Part shown: positions 20,758 to 26,744 of the stretch, piece by piece
Position numbering within the stretch: position 1 is the first letter of the stretch
Layout of the letters: each line of letters begins with the position of its first letter
Source: Octopus sinensis
Taxonomy: Eukaryota
DNA: 26,744 bases
NCBI RefSeq assembly: GCF_006345805.1
Contig: NW_021834126.1
Span: 1 to 26,744, forward strand
Reading direction: 5' to 3'
The notes under the pieces: generated by a model
Databases searched by the model: none
Seen by the model: the letters and a program-made list of their open reading frames with translations, nothing else
What the model was told of the DNA's origin: nothing
Translations under genes and position numbers: made by a program

Positions 20758-21480
20758 ATGTAGTAGTAGTAGTAATGTAGTAGTAGTAGTAATGTAGTAG
20801 TAGTAGTAGTCGTAATAGTAGTATTCGTAGTAGTAGTAGTAGTAATGTAGTAATCAGCAGCTACAGTGTGAAATCGCTCCTCCGCCGCCTCCGCCGCTGT
20901 AACTGCTGCTGCTGCTACTGCGCCTGCTACTGCTGCTGATGATTGCTTAGCGCTTGCGCGAATGATGATGGTGCTGGTGGTTGTAGTAATGACGATGATG
21001 GGGGTGGTGGTGGTGGTGGTGGTGTTGGTGGTGGTGAGTTCTGATAACACAAAATGGCGGCGGCGACGGCGGTGATGGTGGTGGTGGTGGTGGGAGTAGC
21101 ACTGTGATGAAGGGAAAGTAGAAGTGACAGCAGCAGTCACAGTGCACGATGTGGTGGTGGTGGTGGTGTTGGCGGTGGTAGTGCTGGTAGAGGAGGAGAA
21201 GTAAGAGAAACAGCAGCAGTAGGAGGAGTAGGAGAGTAGGAGTAGGAGTTTTGGTATCTGTGCTGCCGTAGTGGTGGTGGTAGTAGTAGTAGAAGCAGTG
21301 ACGGCAGCAGTTGCATTGGAAGCAGCAGCAGCAGCAGTCGTAGTAGTAGTATACGAGATAATCACGATGGTTGTGGTGGTGGCGAGGGCGACGGTGTTGG
21401 AATTAGTGTGGTAACAACAACAACAACAACAACACGGCTACAACCAACCAACTCACCAGCCAGCCAACCAGCCAACTAAG
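20260..21480. repeat. Mosaic of trinucleotide repeats (CAA, GTT, GTA, GCG, GCT, GTG, GCA) with CpG-containing unique islands
   Basis: Direct reading: (GTA)n at about 20727-20850, (GTG)n at about 21000-21180, GGC/CGG runs at 20682-20702 and 21056-21072. Confidence 0.85.
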
Positions 21481-21534
21481 CGAGCTTTTTAAAACCATTA
21501 GCGAAGACAAGAAACTTAAGCGAAGAACGAGAGA

Positions 21535-21772
21535 GCAGGCACCGGCTGTGTTTATATACTTCGACGGTGCTGCATTTATATGTAAACATACACTCGTAAA
21601 CACTCGCCTATATATATATACATATATACATAAATATATATACATAAATTTCATATAGGTATTATATATTATACACGTAAATATTATATATATACCTACA
21701 CATAATTTATATGTTTAAGGAAACACTTTCAGACACACAAACGTAAGCACATCAATCCACCCATCCACCTAC

Positions 21773-21807
<35 letters not shown>

Positions 21808-22405
21808 CATACATATATACAGTCATCAATGAATACAGTTATATAAATACAATATATATATATATATATGCATACATTTCTCATATAAGTACACGTACAC
21901 ACAAACATATACGTAAATACATAAACTTAATATATAATATATATATATAGATATATACATGTCTATAAATGCATATGTGAATGTATATATAGTTATATAA
22001 TAACTTTTGTATCTCTTTGGAGAAATATATTTTAAAATACAATTATATACAAATAAATATAAAATAAACTAAAAGCAAATTGTTAAAAGACCCTCATGGA
22101 TGACGACAATTTGTCAAAGATTTACACTAACATTCCACCGGCCGGTAAGTACCCGTTATTTCTATTATTATCATATTTGCTGTTCCTACACCACACCTTC
22201 GTTCTGAGTTCAAATCTCGCCGAGTCTAACTTTACCTTATAATCTTTTCGGAGTTAGAGTAAATAGCGAAAGCAAGCACCGACTGTGTTTATATAGTTTG
22301 ACGGTGATGCGTATATATATACATATATAAAACATACACACGTAAACACTCATGAGTATATATAGGTTTATATAGGTATTATATATTATACACATAAACA
22401 TTTAT
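21535..22405 (+). repeat. Local direct duplication of about 140-155 bp (copies 21535-21690 and 22272-22405)
   Basis: GCAGGCACCGGCTGTGTTTATATACTTCGACGGTGCTGC vs GCAAGCACCGACTGTGTTTATATAGTTTGACGGTGATGC, followed in both by AAACATACAC.CGTAAACACTC and TATAGGTATTATATATTATACAC. Confidence 0.85.
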
Positions 22406-23945
22406 ATTATACGTAGGCGAGAGTAGAAAATACGTACATTTTAGACATGTTTAATTCATCAACCTCTCTCTCTCGAAATTAATGTCTCTGTGCCAATGTT
22501 AAAATTCATTATTGCTGTTTTTATGGTTCCGGCTCTTTACGTTTATGTTCGATTCACTTTGCCTTTTATCATTTTGGAGCGATGTTCTTGTAAAGAGATC
22601 ACCAGAGTTGCATTGGGATCGAATTAATAGATTTACACCGCTTCCCCCGCGATCTCTGTCCTTGCGCACAGGGGCTGCTACCCGGAGGCGTCGTGGGTCT
22701 AGCAAGGCCCCAGTTCTTTGCCTTTCATCCTTTCGGGCTCGATAAATTAAGAACCAGTTGCGTACTGGTTTCGATGTAATCGACTGCCCGCCCCCTCTTC
22801 CAAAATTTCGAGTCTTGTGCCTAGAGTAGAAAAGATTATTATTATTGTTGTTTTTGTTAAGGTGGCAAGCGAGCAGAATCGTTTGCACGCCGGCCAAAAT
22901 GTTTAGCGGCATTTGGTCTGTCCTTACTTTCTGAGTTCAAATTCCGCCGAGGTCGATAAAATAAATAGCAGTTACACACTGAAGTCGATCTAATCGACTT
23001 GCCCCTTCCCCAAAATTTCAGGCCTTTTGCCTTTAATAGAAAGAATTATTATTATTGTTGCTAAAACGGTGAGCTGGCGGAATCATTAGAAACCCGGACA
23101 AAATGCTTAGCAGCATTTCGTCCGTCATTACTTTCTGAGTTCGAATTCTGCTGAGGTCGACTTTGCCTTTCATCCTTTCAGGATCGATAGAATAAATATC
23201 AGATGTAATCGACAAGACCCCTTCCCCTCAAATTTTAGGCCTCGTGCCTATAGGAGAAAGGATTATTATTGTTGTAGGGCAATTAGTGGGGTATCAGTCA
23301 AGTAGTTGTTAAAATTTAATCATGGCCACCCTGATCGAATTTGACTCTGTATTATTCTGGTGTGTTGTCGGTTGTCAATAATATCGGCTGCACCTGTCCT
23401 CTGCAAAAAACCCCCCAAAAAACAACAAAAAAAAAGGTGGTGTAACCTGGTATCAACGCCACAAAAATTCTCTGTCGCTCTGTGTCTGTATTGTTAACAT
23501 CGTTTTCTGGCTTAAGTTTTGAGTTCAAACCTTACTGAACGCCCAGTCACCTGTCCTTTCGTTGTTCTAGGAGCGTGGGATAGGTCAATTAAAGTACCAG
23601 TCAAGTACAGTCATTGATAAAATAAGCAGCATCCATCCCCATCCCTCTCAAAAGTTCGGGACTTTGTTTCTAAGTTAGAGTACCTCGGCCCTTCACATTT
23701 GAGGTCCAATTCATATACATGTCTGTTATGCCCTTAATGCATCCGGGGTTATAAATCGATAAAATATTAGTGAAATACCGGGGTCAATATAACCAAATAA
23801 ACCATCTCCCCTTAAATCCGACCCCTTATGTTGTTATGTTAGAAATTAATATTTTGTAACAGTACGGCTTTCTACGTTCTAAGTTCAAATCCGTTTGTCA
23901 ACTTAGCATTCAATTTTCAGCTCCGGAGTTGATGAAAATAAAATA
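22199..23945 (+). mobile_element. Cluster of about 7 copies or fragments of the same second SINE family, all on plus
   Basis: Clear copies at 22716-22846, 22859-23056 and 23067-23273 (heads GGTGGCAAGCGAGCAGAATCG and GGTGAGCTGGCGGAATC; TTCTGAGTTC.AATTC; tails ...GCCT...AG.A.AG.ATTATTATT). Older fragments at about 22199-22260, 22525-22660, 23515-23680 and 23860-23945. Confidence 0.8.
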
Positions 23946-24334
23946 AGAAAAAAACCCTTAAAAACATTGAAAAACTATCAACTATTGCAAACGAGTAAAA
24001 CAATTCATATCTGCGGTTTCTATTTCTGTTATTATAGATGTTGTTATATATAGTTAAACACGCTAAAATGTGTAATTCCGTCAGTCATAAACAGACGCTT
24101 CTTGGAAAAACCAAAACAAGCAGGAAAGCGTTCGTGGTTAACACATGTTCTGTAGATAAAAAACAAAAACAATCTAACGAATATATTTCCATAGATCCTG
24201 GTGGCTCTATTTCATTAGTGTTGTTTTGTAGTTCAGTGTTTCATGTTGTTGACGTGTTGTCGTGCACGTGAGCCCTGGTCGACTGAAGGTGTTCCAACCG
24301 CGACCATCTTGTCATATATATATATATATATATA

Positions 24335-24533
24335 CAGGAATCCGTCGACTATCGCAGGTGTTACGTTCCCAAACCAATCGCGATAGGTGAAAATCCTCCA
24401 AGTAGAAGCAGTATTGTTTGGTTTTTTCATTATTATTGTTATAATTTTTAGTTATCAATTTTATTATAAATGTAAAACAACACCGCGGAGGAATCGACGT
24501 AAGCTTTAATTAACCGCGATAAGTGAACCGCGA

Positions 24534-24535
<2 letters not shown>
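24335..24535 (+). mobile_element. Tigger/pogo-type MITE remnant inserted in (TA)n
   Basis: TA-CAGGAATCCGTCGACTATCGCAGGTGTTACGTTCC...CGCGATAGGTGAAAATCC at the left end and AACCGCGATAAGTGAACCGCGATA at the right, resembling Tigger-type subterminal motifs; (TA)n on both flanks. Confidence 0.6.
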
Positions 24536-24596
<61 letters not shown>

Positions 24597-24713
24597 ACAG
24601 TTATGAATGTTTTTTTATGACCAGCTATAATAAAAACAGTTTGACATTAATCTGACGGGTGACTCTTTATTTTTGTAGAGGACAAATTTATTCTTCTTAA
24701 ACAAGAATGCTAT

Positions 24714-24762
24714 TGACTGTGACATCGAAGTTTCGACCAGTTTAGCCATCTTCAGACTGCCA
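24714..24762 (-). ncRNA. Type I hammerhead ribozyme, near intact
   Basis: Minus strand reads TGGCAGT CTGAAGA T GGCT AAACT GGTC GAA AC TTCGAT GT C ACAGTCA. Core CUGANGA and GAAA are present; stem II G-C, G-U, C-G, U-G; stem III AC/GU; GUC triplet (cut between 24721 and 24720); stem I pairs at 6 of 7 positions. Confidence 0.8.
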
Positions 24763-24768
24763 GCTAAG

Positions 24769-24817
24769 TCACAGACCGACGAAGACTCAGCTGGCAGAAA
24801 CCTCGAAGTTACTATCA
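24769..24817 (+). ncRNA. Degenerate hammerhead paralogue in inverted orientation (probably inactive)
   Basis: Plus strand CCGACGA A GACTCAGCTGGCA GAAAC CTCGAA GTT ACTATCA aligns without gaps to the minus-strand ribozyme, but has U4->C, no C11.1 and only 4/7 stem I pairs. Confidence 0.55.
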
Positions 24818-25399
24818 ATAATATTCTTGCTTAAGAATTATATATATATATATAGATAATGTAGTATCATGTTTAAATAAACTATGACACACACACAAAC
24901 ACTATATATATATATCATCTAACGTGACCTTCCCATTTTGTAAGCTGACAATACAATGTGACTGATGGAACATCGCTGTTATTTTTAACGTATCTAGTAA
25001 CCACTTAGGCATACGCTGCTTAGATTGTTTTCATCTTTGCATCTGTTGGTCGACGTTTGTGTATGTGTGAGCGTGTACACAGACACACACACACGCATAT
25101 ATAACTGTTACCTTTTCACTCTCATAGGAGATTTCTAAATAAACGAGAACTCTTTTTATGAGATATTAAATAATTGGAATGTACACACACACACACACGC
25201 ACGAACACACGTACATAAACACACTAGTATATGCGTGTATGTTTTATATATTTACCAAAACAAAATATAAACAAGCGATGTCTTAAGCGACCACTTTGGT
25301 GCTATTTTGTTCGCGTTTCTTTAACTCTCTCTCAGTTCAATTCGTAATGGGTACATTTTTACCGTTCATTAAAGTTGAGGAGAGTTTCGTAAGAGTATA

Positions 25400-25633
25400 C
25401 AAGCGTAGCTAGAGTGGAGCGAAGGGGTCTGTCCGACCCGGGTGGCACTTTTATGGGAGTGGGGTCTGCTGTAAGCTATAAGCCTTTATAGGCTGTTTTG
25501 AAATCAAATAATAGTGGTTTTAATGTCGGGACAAGGACACTACCCAACGTTAAATTCAACAATCGATATTGTCATTGTGCAATATGTATTTTTGTAGCGG
25601 CCCCAGGGTGGAAAAACTGAAGGGCTGCCCCTA
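25400..25633 (+). mobile_element. Possible decayed non-autonomous DNA element
   Basis: GCGTAGCTAGAGTGG...CCGACCCGGGTGGCAC at the left and GCGGCCCCAGGGTGGAAAA...GCTGCCCCT at the right resemble GC-rich MITE termini; no clean TIR pair was found. Confidence 0.3.
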
Positions 25634-25904
25634 CCAGAAAAATATTGGTGTCGGGTGTCGAATGTATCTTCCGCTAAAATATGTTACCTTGTGTCCTTAC
25701 GTTTCATATCTATCTGTCTGCCTGCCTGTCTGTCTGTCTATCTGTCCATCCATCCAACCAACCAACCCTATATATGTACTTTGGCTATAACTATCCATAT
25801 AACTCTTGTACATAATATAAATCTATCTAAACTGTATGTGCGTGTACGTGTATATACACACGCCCAGCTGTGTGACTATATGTTTTTTTCATATATGTGT
25901 GTGT

Positions 25905-26290
25905 GTGGCTGTGTGGTAAGTAGCTTGCTTACCAACTACATGGTTCCGGGATCAGCCCCACTGCGTGGCACCTTGGGCAAGTGTCTTCTACTATAGCCTT
26001 GGGCTGACCAAAGCCTTGTGAGTGGATTTGTTAGGCGGAAACTGAAAGAAGCCCGTCGTATATATGTATGTGTGTGTGTATATGTTTGTGTCTGTGTTTG
26101 TCCCCCCCCCCCAACATCGCTTGACAACCGATGCTGGTGTGTTTACGTCCCATAACTTATCGGTTCGGCAAAAGAGACCGATAGAATAAGTACTAGGCTT
26201 ACAAAGAATAAGTCCTGGGGTCGATTTGCTCGACTAAAGGTGGTGTTCCAGCATGGCCACAGTCAAATGACTGAAACAAGTAAAAGAGTA
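25905..26290 (+). mobile_element. Near full-length tRNA/CORE-type SINE
   Basis: GTGGCTGTGTGGTAAGTAGCTTG...GGCACCTTGGGCAAGTGTCTTCTACTATAGCC...CAGCATGGCCACAGTCAAATGACTGAAACAAGTAAAAGAG. Confidence 0.92.
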
Positions 26291-26296
26291 TAATAA

Positions 26297-26354
<58 letters not shown>

Positions 26355-26744
26355 ATATATATGCCCTTCAATACACAGACTATAAAAATGTGTGTGTGTA
26401 TATATGTATTTATATACGTGGCGTGTGACTATGTAAATATGTATGTGTACAAATATTCCTAGCTTCGTAACTGTATACATGTATAGGCCTAACTACATAA
26501 ACACACACACGCACACACATTTACGTGTCGTCCTTGTATCTGCCAGTCTGTCTGTCACCGTGTCATGTTTATGTCAATACTGATAGTTCAATATCCAGGA
26601 GTCTCTCCTCACACATCAAAATATCAGCAACGTGGTAGAACAAGCCACCATGTTTGTCTGTGTACGTGTGTTGTCATCGTCGCTGTTGTCATCGTTTCAC
26701 TCAACTTGTTTAACATTATTCAACGAACATAACATTTCAAGCAT

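Larger units (their letters stand above)
24694..24837. repeat. 144-bp imperfect palindrome (inverted duplication)
   Basis: 24694-24734 vs the reverse complement of 24797-24837 is 33/41 identical; extended gap-free to 24755/24776 it is 46/62. Symmetry centre at 24765/24766. Confidence 0.9.

Noticed and set aside
20427-21365. 312-aa Thr/Ala/His-rich minus-strand ORF
   Set aside because: It is built from stop-free triplet repeats (ACT, ACC, GCT) with no recognisable domain. Only the small possible exon at its end is kept, as a low-confidence finding.

Overview
A repeat-dominated eukaryotic (animal) window with no host protein-coding exon that I can support. The very long (TA)n/(CA)n/(GAT)n microsatellites and the tRNA-headed SINEs resemble those I recall from octopus (coleoid cephalopod) genomes; this is an inference, as no search was run. 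Nearly all long ORFs in the track are microsatellite artefacts. The real coding signal comes from decayed transposons: a mariner (DD34D-type) transposase with one TIR (16269-17374, -), a Tigger/pogo transposase remnant (6441-7400, -) split by a SINE with a 13-bp TSD, and a probable RTE-LINE RT fragment (3346-3620, -). More than 25 SINE copies or fragments are present, built from interchangeable head and tail modules. One SINE family forms two clusters of opposite polarity (17.96-20.25 kb all minus, 22.2-23.95 kb all plus) around a CpG-containing trinucleotide mosaic. The most notable structure is a 144-bp imperfect palindrome (24694-24837) made of two back-to-back type I hammerhead-ribozyme motifs on opposite strands, one nearly intact and one decayed. 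A further hammerhead core lies at 14873-14905.
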